A stretch of 64,000 nt of DNA, taken from NCBI GenBank assembly GCA_000165345.1, contig CM000436.1:448001-512000 (forward strand), read 5' to 3'. Below, piece by piece: positions 43,552 to 55,364 of this stretch. The notes beneath the pieces were generated by a model. It had not been told where the DNA came from, made no database searches, and saw nothing but the letters and a program-made list of their open reading frames with translations. Each line of letters opens with the position of its first letter. Position 1 is the first letter of the stretch. The position numbers and the translations under genes were made by a program.

Positions 43552-44649
43552 ATGAACTTTAGATTAGTTTCAGTTCTAGTTGCATTATTTGCAGTAGTTC
43601 AATTTGCGGTGTCAACTTCAGTAATAGGACTTTTGGAAGGGTTTTCAAAGTACTTTTATAGTTTAAGTTATGAAAGAAAGCAAAATATAGTACATGAAGC
43701 AGTACAAGAATTACAGAGTGTATTTCCACAAGGAATGGAAACAATAAGTCTTCCAGAATCAGTAGATTTAGATACATGCAAAGCTACTTTACAAAAAGCA
43801 GTACAACAAAATCATGAATGGTATCTATTAGCTATGGGACAATTCACTCAGTTAAAGTTTTATAACAGTTTCTTAAATGAAAAGGTATCAGGTGATTTAA
43901 AAGAAGCCATTGAAAAAGCTTCAATGAGTAGCAATTCACAAGGATCATCAGATTCAATTGTTGTTAATGGTGTTTTATATAATACTCAGCAACTTTCACA
44001 GGTGTTAGCAGATGCTCAGGCTTTAAGAGAAGAAAATGTTCAACTTAGAAATGCATTGAGTAGTGTTAGAGAAGATCTTGAGAAATCTGCTACTACAATT
44101 GAAGAATTGAAGTTGGAGGCACAATCTTCATTACAAGAAGCCATTAGAGCAAAGGCTGATATTAATAAATTTGAAAAGAGACTTTCAGTATGTAGACGTA
44201 ATGAATATAATCTAAAGAAGATCATATATGAAAACAAGAGAGGAAGATTCAGTAGATTTAAGTCAGCCATTTCAAAGCCTTTCAGAGCTCACAAATTGAA
44301 GAAAGCACTTGGAAAGGAAGGATACAAGGCACATAAACAAAAGAAACAGGCTGATTCTAAGAAGAGGAAAGAAATGGTGAAGAAGATTAAGAAGGAGATG
44401 AGGCAATCCAAGAGCGATAAGAGAAAGAAGCTTTTGAATAAATCTATTGCACCAGGAGAAGATACTCCAATTCCTTCAAGTGTTGAGAGTTCTCTCCAAA
44501 CTGAGCAGAGTCTTGGAAAAGGCGAAACAAGCACTTCAAATCCATTAGAAAACTCAGTTTCTTCTGTTGCCTCTTTCTCAACTACTGAAAACTCAAAGAG
44601 TGAAAAGGGCGATTCATCTATGGGATCGATTTTTGAGGGTTCCAGCTAA
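43552..44649 (+). CDS. Secreted coiled-coil protein with Lys-rich and Ser-rich C-terminal tail, hypothetical
   Basis: The track start at 43522 is TTG. ATG at 43552 gives the signal peptide MNFRLVSVLVALFAVVQFAVSTS. There is a central heptad-like region (LREENVQLRNALSSVREDLEKSATTIEELKLEAQ). Confidence 0.5.
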   Translation: MNFRLVSVLVALFAVVQFAVSTSVIGLLEGFSKYFYSLSYERKQNIVHEAVQELQSVFPQGMETISLPESVDLDTCKATLQKAVQQNHEWYLLAMGQFTQLKFYNSFLNEKVSGDLKEAIEKASMSSNSQGSSDSIVVNGVLYNTQQLSQVLADAQALREENVQLRNALSSVREDLEKSATTIEELKLEAQSSLQEAIRAKADINKFEKRLSVCRRNEYNLKKIIYENKRGRFSRFKSAISKPFRAHKLKKALGKEGYKAHKQKKQADSKKRKEMVKKIKKEMRQSKSDKRKKLLNKSIAPGEDTPIPSSVESSLQTEQSLGKGETSTSNPLENSVSSVASFSTTENSKSEKGDSSMGSIFEGSS

Positions 44650-45220
44650 ATTTATTGATTTCTTACAATGTAATATTCTTCCAGCAATTGGTGAAGATTG
44701 TAAAGAATAAGAATCAAGATTGATAAAGAGATGCAAACAATTTAAATTTTTTTTTTCTTGTTTCATATCACATTTTAGATTCATTTGTATTCTTATTTAA
44801 TTTCGCTATATCTTTTCTATTCTATGTTATTGTAATTCATTATTAATTAATATTTAGCTCTTACAATAATGATAGTTCTATATGATATTACAAATTCCAA
44901 TTCGAAGCTAATAAGTTATTATAACTTGGAAAAAGAAGTAAAACTTAAAATTCTGGAATTTATTAACCTTAAAATAAATTAAGTTTTTTGGTCATTTTTT
45001 TTAACTATTTACATGCAAAATTACATGCAGTAAATCAATGTGGATAAAAACAATCACAAATTGTATACCGGCATTTGTAATTTTACACGTGTATTCATGC
45101 AAGGTGAATAACAAATGATATAAGAAAGAAAAAAAAATTAATAATAATAATAATTAAGAAAGCATGGAAAATTTATAAATATAAGATAATATCTTGATAA
45201 ATTTCGTATAAGTTTAAAAA

Positions 45221-45994
45221 TCACTTCTTTTGGTTCTTAGAAATTTCAGCCCATTTCTGTCTAGATTTTTTCTTTTTAGCTAAAATAGTCTTTTTAGTCT
45301 TAATTAACTTAGACTTATTGTCTTTAACTTTAATTCCTTGAGCTTTCTTCATTGCCTTTTCCATAGCAATTTCCTTAATCTTAGCCTTTTGTTCTTCTTC
45401 AGGCAAACTATTAATAAGCTCTTCCTCCTTTTTAAGGGCATTTAAGGCATTATTAATTTTTTTCATCTTTGATTCTTTCTTCTGCAGGTAATCAGCAGTA
45501 CTTGGAATAGATAAAGTACTATCAATAATTCTTCCAAACTTGAAGGATGATTCAGATTGTTGTATTTCATCAGATTCAGGTTTAATATTCTTTTTATCAA
45601 TTGCTTTCTGAGCAGTTTTTGTTGTTGATTTTTTTGAATTTTGTTTATTTCTCCTACTATTTACATTATTTTGTTTTAATTCTTGAATTTTTTTGGCCAA
45701 TCTTTGCTCTAAATCATTTCTAGTAAGTTTTGAGTTACTTTTATCAGAACTGGTTTTTTGTGTATTTGACTCTAATTGATAATCCTTATTGCTTCCATTT
45801 TTATTCACATTAAAGTAATCTCTAATATGACCAAAAGCAGGTAGCAAATTCCTTATTCCAAATTTATCCCTTCTAGTCTGAGAGTTAAGTTCTTTCTCAT
45901 TTTGAATATTCTCCGATGCCAATAAAATATTATAGGGAATATATCCTAATATTGACGAAAACGAACCCAGTTCTTTCCAAATATTTGCCGTCAT
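45221..45994 (-). CDS. SURF6/Rrp14-like nucleolar ribosome-biogenesis protein
   Basis: The C-terminus ...FKFGRIID...LKKEEELINSLPEEEQKAKIKEIAMEKAMKKAQGIKVKDNKSKLIKTKKTILAKKKKSRQKWAEISK matches the SURF6 domain pattern (F-FG ... A-KA-G-KVKDD-KLLKK ... K-KKKS-K-W-ER). ATG at 45994. Confidence 0.6.
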   Translation of the reverse strand: MTANIWKELGSFSSILGYIPYNILLASENIQNEKELNSQTRRDKFGIRNLLPAFGHIRDYFNVNKNGSNKDYQLESNTQKTSSDKSNSKLTRNDLEQRLAKKIQELKQNNVNSRRNKQNSKKSTTKTAQKAIDKKNIKPESDEIQQSESSFKFGRIIDSTLSIPSTADYLQKKESKMKKINNALNALKKEEELINSLPEEEQKAKIKEIAMEKAMKKAQGIKVKDNKSKLIKTKKTILAKKKKSRQKWAEISKNQKK

Positions 45995-47471
45995 TTTCTA
46001 AATTAACTGTCAAATACTTACTGAAAATCTTTGATTGAAGTATGTGGACAATTATTTGAAAGAATTAGTTTTCTTTATTTTGATTTTGATTATTTTAAAT
46101 CTCGCCAACTGCCGCCCAAAATTGCCGCCTAGTCATTTTGACATTCACTAGGCATTTCAAATAGGAGTATTCAATGGGGGAGGAAAACATTAAAGGTCAG
46201 ATGGAGAGAGGATTAAAAGAAAAAAAAGCAGGGACAGAGTTGAGGATCAGACAAGATGAAGGTTGATGTAACTGGAGCGAACAGAGCAATCTTCACAAAA
46301 GTAGCAGTTGGAACTAAAAGAGATTTTTTAGAGCTAAAAAAAAATAGATGACAGAACACTTTCAAAAATATAATTAGTTTGAAAAAAAAAAAAATTTTAA
46401 TTTGTAGATATTCAGCCATGTCAAATATACCCTTAATATTGTCATTATTATTATCATTATTATTGCATTCATCATCAAATGGCAGACAATCCTTACAAAA
46501 AATGAGTATTACACTAATTAAAATTTAGACTTGGTAAGAGGCCGATGGCTGTATGAAAACCTTACCACAACTTCCCTTCCCATAGTTCCAAATGGCATCC
46601 ATCAATATGAAACATATACTGATATTCTGACAGCGCATTTGTTAATGAGTAAATCAAATGCAGCACATAAATGCAATCCTAACTTGGCCAAATCATCAAT
46701 TGCTGTCCATATAACTAGATCAAGGTCTTCCTATTCAATACCTTAAATCACTTAGCAAGTAATTCTGGCCTTCACTCATCCATTCATACTTTACCAGTCA
46801 AGCCCTTTAAATATATTATAGTTATTCCCATGTGGGCAGAACATGGCGCGCTTGTATGTAAATGTGCATGCAAATTCTTAGTGAATAAATGACAAGCAAT
46901 ACTTCTTAAATAAAAAAAAAATGATTACTCTTTCTTCCTTCCTTCAAGGATAAAGCAGGCTTTAGTTATAGTTATAATCGTAATAGATGGGCGATCTATC
47001 TTCTTTCTTTTTTTCTTCCTTCTTTCCCCTCCTTTATGAAAAAAAATTCTGTAAAGTATTGAATAAAGGCCAATTTCAAAAGGCGGGTCCTTTAACTCAA
47101 TAAAATTGTGGTATAAATCATAAAATGATTTAAATTCTTTCATCTTAAATTCAAACAAGAGGATTTAAGGGAATAGATAGTGACTAATGTACTGGAATAG
47201 AGGTGTGGCTTAATTTAGAAAGGACATAAACTTGAATATCTACAAATAAACATCGCATTTTAGCTTGAATAACATTATTATGACCTTTTCTTCTTCATCC
47301 ATTCCTGTGATATATTATTGAAAAGGAAACTAGTCACCTTCATGCTTCAATTCGAATTCTAGCTATTTACTCCAGAAATATTAAAAATATTAACGGAATA
47401 AAGACACCAATATTGCATAATTTACCATTAGCACCAGAATAAAAAAAAAAAGAAGAAACAAAGATTTGATT

Positions 47472-48692
47472 TTAAGTATATAAGGCAGAATCAATTTGGG
47501 CGGGAATTGGTGAAATCTCTGTGGCCAATTCTTTTTCAATTCTATATAAGTTATAGCGATCTTCATAAGTTATAAGGTTGATTGCGAGCCCAAGATGCCC
47601 AAATCTCCCAGATCTACCAATTCTGTGAAGGTATGTTTCGGAATATTTAGGGAAGTCAAAATTAATAACGACATTAACAGATTGGATATCAATACCTCTT
47701 GTGATAAGATCAGATGATACAAGACACCTACATGCACCGTTTCTGAAGTCATGAAATACTCTATTTCTGTGAGACTGGAGCATTCTTGCGTGAATATAAA
47801 AGCATGAGCTTCCAAGCTCAGTAATTTTCTTTGCTAAAAGTTCAACTCTTGTAACAGAATTACAAAATATAATGGCTTGGTTAATTTGTAGTTTACTAAA
47901 TAAAGTATTAAGACAATGTAATTTCTGCTTCTCTTCAACAAAAGCATAATATTGTGTAACACCCTTTAAAGTGAGCTCGTCCATTAGATTAATTTCATGA
48001 GCATTTGCAAGATATTTATCCTTAAAACCTTTAACAGTTACGGGGAAAGTAGCAGAATATAAGAGAATTTGCCTTTCTTTTGGTAAAAACTCTATGAGTT
48101 CCTCAATAATTGGCTGAAATTCTGGACTTAATAATTTATCGGCCTCATCCATAATAAACATAAAACAACCACTCAAGTTACACACCTTCTTATTAGACAG
48201 ATCCAAAATACGACCAGGAGTTCCTACCAATACATGAACTGGGTTGTTTAAACGTAATATATCATCTCTTAAAGATGTACCACCAGTACTAACCATACAC
48301 TGGACATTGATATGCTTACCAAGCTGCTTCACAATACTGCTAGTTTGTAAAGCAAGTTCTCTTGTTGGGACAAGAATCAAGCCTTGAATAATGTTCTTTT
48401 TAGTATTGATTTTCTCTAATAATGGTATAACAAATGCTGCAGTCTTACCTGTTCCATTCTTTGCTCTTGCTAGGATATCTTTGCCTGCAAGAGCCACTGG
48501 TATACTTTCTTCTTGAATTGGTGATGGTCTCTCAAATCCTTTTTCATAAATTCCCATCAAAAGTTCTCTTTTTAAAAAGTAGTCCTCAAAATCACTACCC
48601 TTTGTTTTAGTTACATCGTCTGTCTTGAACCTAGGATCTTTAGGAGGGATGTTCAAGCCCTTCATATCATTACTTAATCTTTCAGTCTTCAT
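47472..48692 (-). CDS. DHH1: DEAD-box ATP-dependent RNA helicase Dhh1/DDX6
   Basis: [45 protein letters not shown] and [10 protein letters not shown] motifs are present, with near-complete identity to the Dhh1/DDX6 core. ATG at 48692. Confidence 0.9.
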   Translation of the reverse strand: MKTERLSNDMKGLNIPPKDPRFKTDDVTKTKGSDFEDYFLKRELLMGIYEKGFERPSPIQEESIPVALAGKDILARAKNGTGKTAAFVIPLLEKINTKKNIIQGLILVPTRELALQTSSIVKQLGKHINVQCMVSTGGTSLRDDILRLNNPVHVLVGTPGRILDLSNKKVCNLSGCFMFIMDEADKLLSPEFQPIIEELIEFLPKERQILLYSATFPVTVKGFKDKYLANAHEINLMDELTLKGVTQYYAFVEEKQKLHCLNTLFSKLQINQAIIFCNSVTRVELLAKKITELGSSCFYIHARMLQSHRNRVFHDFRNGACRCLVSSDLITRGIDIQSVNVVINFDFPKYSETYLHRIGRSGRFGHLGLAINLITYEDRYNLYRIEKELATEISPIPAQIDSALYT

Positions 48693-48730
48693 ATCCTATT
48701 TTTCAATATTATTCTCTATGTGTATAAAGT

Positions 48731-48803
48731 TATATATATATATTACATAAATACATACATATATATATATTTATATTTATATATATATATATGTATATAT
48801 ATT
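48731..48803. repeat. TA-rich compound microsatellite ((TA)n with interruptions)
   Basis: The run atatatatattacataaatacatacatatatatatatttatatttatatatatatatatgtatatatatt is directly visible. Confidence 0.8.
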
Positions 48804-49014
48804 AGTAGTAAAGGTCTCGTATTTTTGCTATTTATGATGTTATAATCTAGTAAATTCTTCTAGACTATTAAAATCTAGCTCTATTACTTTTTGTTTTACC
48901 TTATTGATCTTTGTTATCCTGGAACTTTAATTTTATCTTTAGACTTTCTGCGAGACACGTTTTTTTTTTAATTAAATACCTTTATGTACCCCTCAGCTAC
49001 TAATAAATATAATA

Positions 49015-49042
49015 TTTAGGCGGCAACACCGCCCCGCCTATT
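49015..49042. promoter_or_regulatory. Dense G/C box TTTAGGCGGCAACACCGCCCCGCCTATT, about 320 nt upstream of the DEAD-box helicase
   Basis: It contains three overlapping GGCGG/CCGCC elements in 28 nt. Confidence 0.4.
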
Positions 49043-50158
49043 ATCTAGTGATTATTATATTTGTTAATTTACTATTAAAAATAATTATGGATAATTTTCA
49101 ATATAAAGAAAGTAAATACGAAGATATTTGCTATTATATATGCAATACTAATTATCAATTAAATTTATTGATTTAGAATTCAAAACAATGACGTATAGAT
49201 GTAATAGCGATACATTTGCGACTTTAGTTGAGTACAACTCATTTCTTTTTTTCTGTCAAATACATTAAAATCTTATATTGTTAATTTGGATACTTTATAT
49301 TTCAAGCCCCATTAGGGATTTTTAAAAAATTTTCTAAGCTTTGTGTGATGTTTGGCGTCATCCTCGTAATTACGTGGAAATTAATTGCAAAGCTTTGTTT
49401 AGAAAGAATAGAACTTAATATAGAAAGTTGATTTAAAGAATGAAAAAGTTGTTAAATTAGTCAAATATCCCATTTTTTAAGTAGTAAATCAATAATGAAC
49501 ATAATAATCAAATCTATTTGGATTTTGTACTGCTTTTCATATAGATTATTTACAAAAATAATTTGAAAACCAAACTATTAAAATATAAATAGCTAAAAAT
49601 ATGTTAAATTTTCAGAGAATTAAATAATAGAATCTTTCCCTATTCTTATTCTGCATACACATGCATTAAGGAAATTATGGCTTTTAAATAGATATTTACT
49701 TAGGAAAGAAAAATAAAGGTTTCTTTAAAGATTCCAGAAAGTGTTAATAAATAAAACATAGAAAAAATTTAAGCAATAAGAAATAAATGAACCTAATAAG
49801 TTAAAAATTTCATTAAAAACCTGCTCATTCAGATTTTCTAGACTTTACTTTATTTTCTTTATATATTTAATATATTTACAATACAATTATATATATTTAT
49901 ACGCATGCAAATATTTAAAGAGTTGGCGCCAAAGAGTTTTAGAAATATTTGACAGGAACAGGTTAAAGAATAATTAAATGGTAATAATAAATGATATTAT
50001 CTAAGAAAAAGATTAAATGAATGAGAGAATTGAATGAAGGAAGAGCTTTTTAACTTTTGATTTTTGGAATGGAATAATATTATATTGAAGATTATGTTAC
50101 TATAAGAAGAAATAATAATAATAGACATTAGAATAGTTTGAATAGACAATCTTGAAAA

Positions 50159-51541
50159 ATGAAGTTATTAAAATCAAAGAATTCCGGGAATGGATTTGGA
50201 TATGTAAAATTAAAGATTGAATCAGAAGATGATATCTGGGAGTTGTATAATTTAATTCTATCAGGAGATAGTGTTCGTTCAGTAACATATAGAAAGACTC
50301 ATAAGGAAAATACATCTGGTACGGTTTCTGTTAAAGTGCATAAGTTGGTAATGACAGTAATAGTAAAGAATACTGAATACGGAGGCAAGACTTTAAGAGT
50401 GAGTGGATTTAATGCAATAGATAATGAACACGTGAAAATGGGACAACATCACACTTTGGAGCTTAAGGTAGGGTCAGAATTGATTTTATATAAAAGAAGT
50501 TGGGACTGGTTAGCAAGAACACGCTTGGATGAAGCTTGCAAAAAGAAGATTGGAACAGGAGACGATATTTTGATTTTGTTAATAGGAAATGGAGTAGCAA
50601 ATATGTTTCTGGTTTCATCTCAAAAGACCACCAAGTTATTTACTGTTAGTCATAATATTACAAGAGGAGGTCAAAATAACAATAATTCATATAAAGAAAG
50701 CAAGAACAAATTCTTTCAAATGATAATTCAAAATTTAGTTTCTCATTTAAACTTTGATGATTTGGATAATATTATATTAGGAGGCCCAGGTTTCTTCAAG
50801 GATGATTTTTTCAAGTATTTGTTTGATTCAGATAATCAAAAGAATAAAGAATTTACTAGTATTTTAAAGAGAAAGAAGCATATCTTTATTATCACAAAAA
50901 CAAGTAGTGTATTTCAATCATCAATTGATGAAATTCTTTTAAGCGAAGATTTTCAGGAAAAACTTAAAGATACTAAAGCTTTCCAACAAGTTAAATTAAT
51001 TCAACATTTTCAATATCTTCTTGCTACTAATCCTGATCTTGTTTGCTATGGACTAAAAAGCACAGAAAATGCTTTGGAAAATAATGCAATCGAAACACTC
51101 ATGGTTTCTGATGCTCTTGTTAGATCTGACTGTCTTAAAATTAGGTCCAAGTTAGCTAATATTACAGGAATGAATAATAGTATGGGCGGCAAAACCTGTA
51201 TTTTTTCATCTACACATAATTCAGGTAAAACTTTAGAAAATATGTCAGGGATTGCAGCAATCTTAAGATTTCCTGTTGAGCATTTACAGGAATGTGAAGT
51301 TGATGAACCTAATCAGGCATGGGAAACTGGAGATGAAGGGGGAGGGAGAGATGATGGTCAAGATGAGGATTTTGATTGGTTTAAAAAAGAAAAAGACGAA
51401 ATTAAGAAACACCAAATGTCACAACTAGATAATAATTCTCTTGAAAAACAGTTCCAACAAAATTCAACAATTAGCGATAATTTTCTTGCAAGCTTGAAGA
51501 GCGATAAGCAAGATGATGATTTTTTCTCTGAAATGGATTAA
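50159..51541 (+). CDS. PELO: Pelota/Dom34 ribosome-rescue factor with an acidic C-terminal extension
   Basis: The N-terminus MKLLKSKNSGNGFGYVKLKIESEDDIWELYNLILSGDSVRSVTYRK... is canonical Pelota. The central and eRF1-like domains are collinear with the family. ATG at 50159. Confidence 0.9.
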   Translation: MKLLKSKNSGNGFGYVKLKIESEDDIWELYNLILSGDSVRSVTYRKTHKENTSGTVSVKVHKLVMTVIVKNTEYGGKTLRVSGFNAIDNEHVKMGQHHTLELKVGSELILYKRSWDWLARTRLDEACKKKIGTGDDILILLIGNGVANMFLVSSQKTTKLFTVSHNITRGGQNNNNSYKESKNKFFQMIIQNLVSHLNFDDLDNIILGGPGFFKDDFFKYLFDSDNQKNKEFTSILKRKKHIFIITKTSSVFQSSIDEILLSEDFQEKLKDTKAFQQVKLIQHFQYLLATNPDLVCYGLKSTENALENNAIETLMVSDALVRSDCLKIRSKLANITGMNNSMGGKTCIFSSTHNSGKTLENMSGIAAILRFPVEHLQECEVDEPNQAWETGDEGGGRDDGQDEDFDWFKKEKDEIKKHQMSQLDNNSLEKQFQQNSTISDNFLASLKSDKQDDDFFSEMD

Positions 51542-51953
51542 TTTCCTCTATTCTATTTTTTTTTTTGCATGTATTTAAAGGCGCCAAACACACGTCATTT
51601 ATTTGCATGCATTATTAAAAATTCTTTGTATTTTTAATCAACAATTAGAATAGGCGGTAATATTCTTTAAATTAGCAATTAATTATATAATTCTAACTCC
51701 ATGTTTTTCCTTTCGTATTCCGCACAACGGCCCTAAATTAAAACTCCAGAACACTAGATCAAACAAGTAAGACTTAGTGTGAGAGAAGAAGTCGTCAAAA
51801 TTAATATGGATTAGATAATACTAGTTTTTAATATTCCTGAATATTCTAGATAATAAGTATTTCCTAGTGTTTTAGTAAGATAAAGAAGAAAAGAAGCTAA
51901 GTAGTCTTTACTCTATATCTAAAAAAATAATAGAAAGCTTATCCATAAAATGT

Positions 51954-53348
51954 TTACTCCTCATCTTCTCCGCCTCCGCTCTGGTTCTTTAAAGTTCGTC
52001 TTCTGACACGGCCTGCACGTCCTCCTCCGAATGGAGATGTTAAGGCAAAGTCAATGTGTTTCTCAGAGTCGAGTCTGACCATGAATGATGGTACATCGAC
52101 TATTTGACGTCCAACACGGATGTGGTTTTGTCTAATTAAGACACGAGCATGGTGAATACTCTTTGCCAATCCGAGCTTGAAAACACGGGTTTGGAGTCTT
52201 CTCTCAAGGAACTTGCTAATAGTTAAACCAAGTACATAATCCAATTTTCTCTCTTCCTCAGAAAGGAGTCCAAGTCTTTCCATACGTCTTAAAAGGGCCT
52301 CACCTATAATTATAAATGAAAGTTAATAAAGAATCTAACCAGAATTAGGTAGAGGAGATATGCGGCCATATTCTAAAGTAGTTAAAGAAGTCAATATATA
52401 CAACACATCATATACTTCTATATAGAGCCATTCCACATTCCTTTTCTTCTCTTTTCATATAATCTCAGAGAAGAAAAAAACATACAAAAAGTTGTGAAAA
52501 TGGATAAATAATAAGTATAAATGTATTGGTGAAGAGAGCGTGCGGTTAGGAATAACCATCTACAGGTAGGTAGATAAGAGTAGAGAGATTTTCAAGATCA
52601 TTAAATGATTTGATTTAAATTAGGCTTTGAGATTGTATATGGGGGGAACGGGTAAGCTTCAAACGGGAAGTATGTCCTGATATGTCCATAAGACAATACC
52701 AGAACCAAACTTTGATCGGAGCCACCAACTTTTTCCCACATGTTAATATTGCATACGATATTACAACGTAAGCCATCCAGCTCACATTACTTACAATCTT
52801 AAAGATTGCTAAATATACATATGCATAGAATAATCTCACTCTCAGCCCTACTTTCGACCAATCATTCCTCTTCTCTACCATCATTCACTCTCTTATTAAC
52901 TTCATTAACCAAAATACTTGCATATTACCTCCATTAATTATAACTGGATATATTACAGCCACTAATCATAGCAGCGACGTGTAAATAATATCCAGATCAA
53001 TTATGTTAAACTTACCTTGAAAAACACGGATTGGATCCTTCTCGTCTAAAGTTAATAAGTGACGAGCAGCAGCTCTGATCTTAGCAAGGGTGTATTGAAC
53101 ACGCCATACTTCACGCTTATTCTTTAAACCATATTCACCAATGAGCTTCATTTCAGCATCCAAACGTTCCTATAGAAATTGACGATATAGTTATAATCAA
53201 TGTTCATATATATTTTTCAAATTTTCAGTTTTCTCCACAATTACACTCCAAGCAGTGTTATTGCAGAGAACTTTAATGTACTTACCTTCTCGAATGGACG
53301 CTTTGGTTGACGAGATGTCTTTGAGTGATTTGTATATGACTTAACCAT
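51954..53348 (-). CDS. RPS9: 40S ribosomal protein S9 (uS4), 3 exons: 53348..53286, 53169..53016 and 52303..51954
   Basis: Exon 1 encodes [21 protein letters not shown] and ends with a GTAAGT donor. Exon 2 encodes [51 protein letters not shown](G) and ends with a GTAAGT donor. Exon 3 follows a TATAG acceptor and encodes (G)[13 protein letters not shown]...[35 protein letters not shown].... The spliced product is 188 aa and collinear with human RPS9. Intron 2 is 712 nt, which is long for this genome. Confidence 0.8.
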
Positions 53349-53534
53349 TTTCTCCTTATATATATAATTTCTCCGTCAGGGTGAAAAAATTACAGAGTCG
53401 TGAAATTGCAATCTCTTTAAAACCTTTATGGTCTCTTATTTTAATTTTAAACCTATTACTATTACTTTCTTCTAGTCTATTATTACCTTTGCAATTACTA
53501 TTTATATATGTTATATTATATTATTAATTACTTC

Positions 53535-53550
53535 AAACTTGGCGCCTAAA
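53535..53550. promoter_or_regulatory. E2F-like box AAACTTGGCGCCTAAA, about 190 nt upstream of the RPS9 ATG; further boxes at 53776-53804 and 53856-53867
   Basis: Motif class as elsewhere in this window. Confidence 0.4.
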
Positions 53551-54055
53551 GCATTATTTTTTGCTTTTCAATTAAAAATATAATATATAAATATATATAT
53601 TTATATAATATTTATATTTGAAATTGTTTATTTAAATATAAAAAAGCTAAATTAAAGTTCCAAACATTTATTTTATTTCTTCATTATACCCTTAGTAACA
53701 AATTATCTATTTCACCTATGAGACAGGAATGATTTATACACTGAGACGACCTAATTAAATATTATAAGTACCGTAAATTCCCGCCTAAAGAAGGCAGCGC
53801 CAACTTCTTCCGAAAATTATTGTGTGGTGAAGCTTGTCAGTTAATTAGTTTTGGAAAGGCGGGTTCAATAGAAGCTGATAAGAAAAAAGTCAAATAATAT
53901 TTTTGTTTCCAAAAAGAAGTGTATAAAGTGACTGGGGGGAGGGGATAGAATTAATACTGATATTACAAATGGAAAAGACTTAAAACTAATATATATATTA
54001 CTTCTTTTTTTTTCTTATAAAATGATTTGCTTATAATAAAATAATACACGTGTCT

Positions 54056-54073
54056 GCATGCATGCATGCATAA
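54056..54073. promoter_or_regulatory. (TGCA)n/GCATGC cluster TGCATGCATGCATGCATA
   Basis: Overlapping GCATGC palindromes, the AP2-type motif class, lie in the RPS9 upstream / DP downstream region. Confidence 0.35.
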
Positions 54074-54482
54074 CGGTAAAGTGGGTTACGGCCGTGCAAG
54101 AAATAGATAACGGCGCCAGGAAGAAAAAATAGTTAAGAAAGAAAAAATAAAGGAAAATTACAAATAGTGGTAGCAGTTGTCTTATATTAGTCAACAAGAA
54201 AAAAAAAGTAAATTGTTATGTTTACTTTAAAGAAAAAATATAATTATATAAATGAGTATGTGGTTGTAAGGGATGAATGTGGAACAAGCAATCACGAACT
54301 AAATTGCTGCTGCATGCAAAAATTAAACAAGCGAATATAAGTGAATTTAATATGTATTTACAAAGATTGTAATGTATAAGTAATATACATAAATCTCTCA
54401 ATATCTCGATTAATTATAAAGTATGTTTCAGATCAATAATAGTTGTCATAAAGAAGTGCAATAATATACACATCATCTCTAA

Positions 54483-55364
54483 TTAGTTCTTTAGTTCATC
54501 AGAAATTGGATTGTTTGCATTACTACTTGCAGGAGGTGGATTCAAATGAGGGTGTTGGACTGGCTGAAGAAGCTGATTAAGACCAATATAGTCAGCCACA
54601 TTAATTACATCCTTATCATTACAAGTAGAAATCCTCTGTCTAACAGTTTCTTGTAGAGCATTAACCTGAGCTTCAAAAGCTGTCAAATAAGCAATCTTGG
54701 CGGTTTCAACTTCAGCTCTTGCCTGCTCCTCAGATCTAAGTTCATCTGGGCCGCTTGAAAGTCTTCCAGTATGATCCATTCTTGATCTCTCTACAAGTTG
54801 ATCAATAAGAGGTCTATCTGGATCTAAACCTGCCCAAATAAGATTCTTACCAACTCCAACGCTTCTTCTTACAACTCCAATAGCTAATAATACATTCAAA
54901 ACATCATAAACTCTTCTTCTAATATTCTTGGCTTCGGGATTCTTAGAACGACCTGGACCATCTCCTAATTCCATATTAATTAGATGCTCAGTCATTTCAT
55001 GATAAGAGGCGACCTTAATTGCACTAACTTTTTCACATACTCTGTGACTAAAAACTCCTAATTTACAGCGGTTTCTCATTTGGCTTGGCGTACCTCCATA
55101 TTCTGCCACGCCGCCGGCTCCATTACCTGCACCTCCGGCACCAGCACCAGTACCAGCTAAGTGATGTTGAGGCAATAACGATAAATGAGGTAAAGATGAG
55201 TGATCAGCAGAAACTAATTGCTCATTTGTTCCTCCCGCTGATGTTCCTTGTGGCATTTTAAATTGTCCAGGGTGATGCTGCTCCATGCCTCCCCCAACAG
55301 ATACTGGGTGTTGAGAATATCCACTTGGAACAAACCCTCCAGCTCCTAAGTTTGCGTTATTCAT
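54483..55364 (-). CDS. TFDP: E2F dimerisation partner (DP/TFDP family winged-helix transcription factor)
   Basis: FSHRVCEKVSAIKVASYHEMTEHL...NIRRRVYDVLNVLLAIGVVRR matches the DP1 DNA-binding domain (FSMKVCEKV...NIRRRVYDALNVLMAMNII), and a coiled-coil dimerisation region follows. The track start is TTG at 55373; the first ATG is at 55364. Confidence 0.8.
   Translation of the reverse strand: MNNANLGAGGFVPSGYSQHPVSVGGGMEQHHPGQFKMPQGTSAGGTNEQLVSADHSSLPHLSLLPQHHLAGTGAGAGGAGNGAGGVAEYGGTPSQMRNRCKLGVFSHRVCEKVSAIKVASYHEMTEHLINMELGDGPGRSKNPEAKNIRRRVYDVLNVLLAIGVVRRSVGVGKNLIWAGLDPDRPLIDQLVERSRMDHTGRLSSGPDELRSEEQARAEVETAKIAYLTAFEAQVNALQETVRQRISTCNDKDVINVADYIGLNQLLQPVQHPHLNPPPASSNANNPISDELKN

Noticed and set aside
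46925-47158. 77-aa minus-strand ORF (MFEFKMKEFKSFYDLYHNFIELKDPPF...GGERRKKKRKK)
   Set aside because: It is driven by a poly-purine/poly-pyrimidine tract (cttccttctttcccctcc). It is low-complexity and no domain is recognisable. It is kept only as part of the ORF-poor gap finding.
52615-52884. 89-aa minus-strand ORF inside the RPS9 intron
   Set aside because: It lies wholly within the intron and is hydrophobic and low-complexity with no recognisable motif. It is more plausibly noise, although the long intron itself is flagged as a possible ncRNA host.
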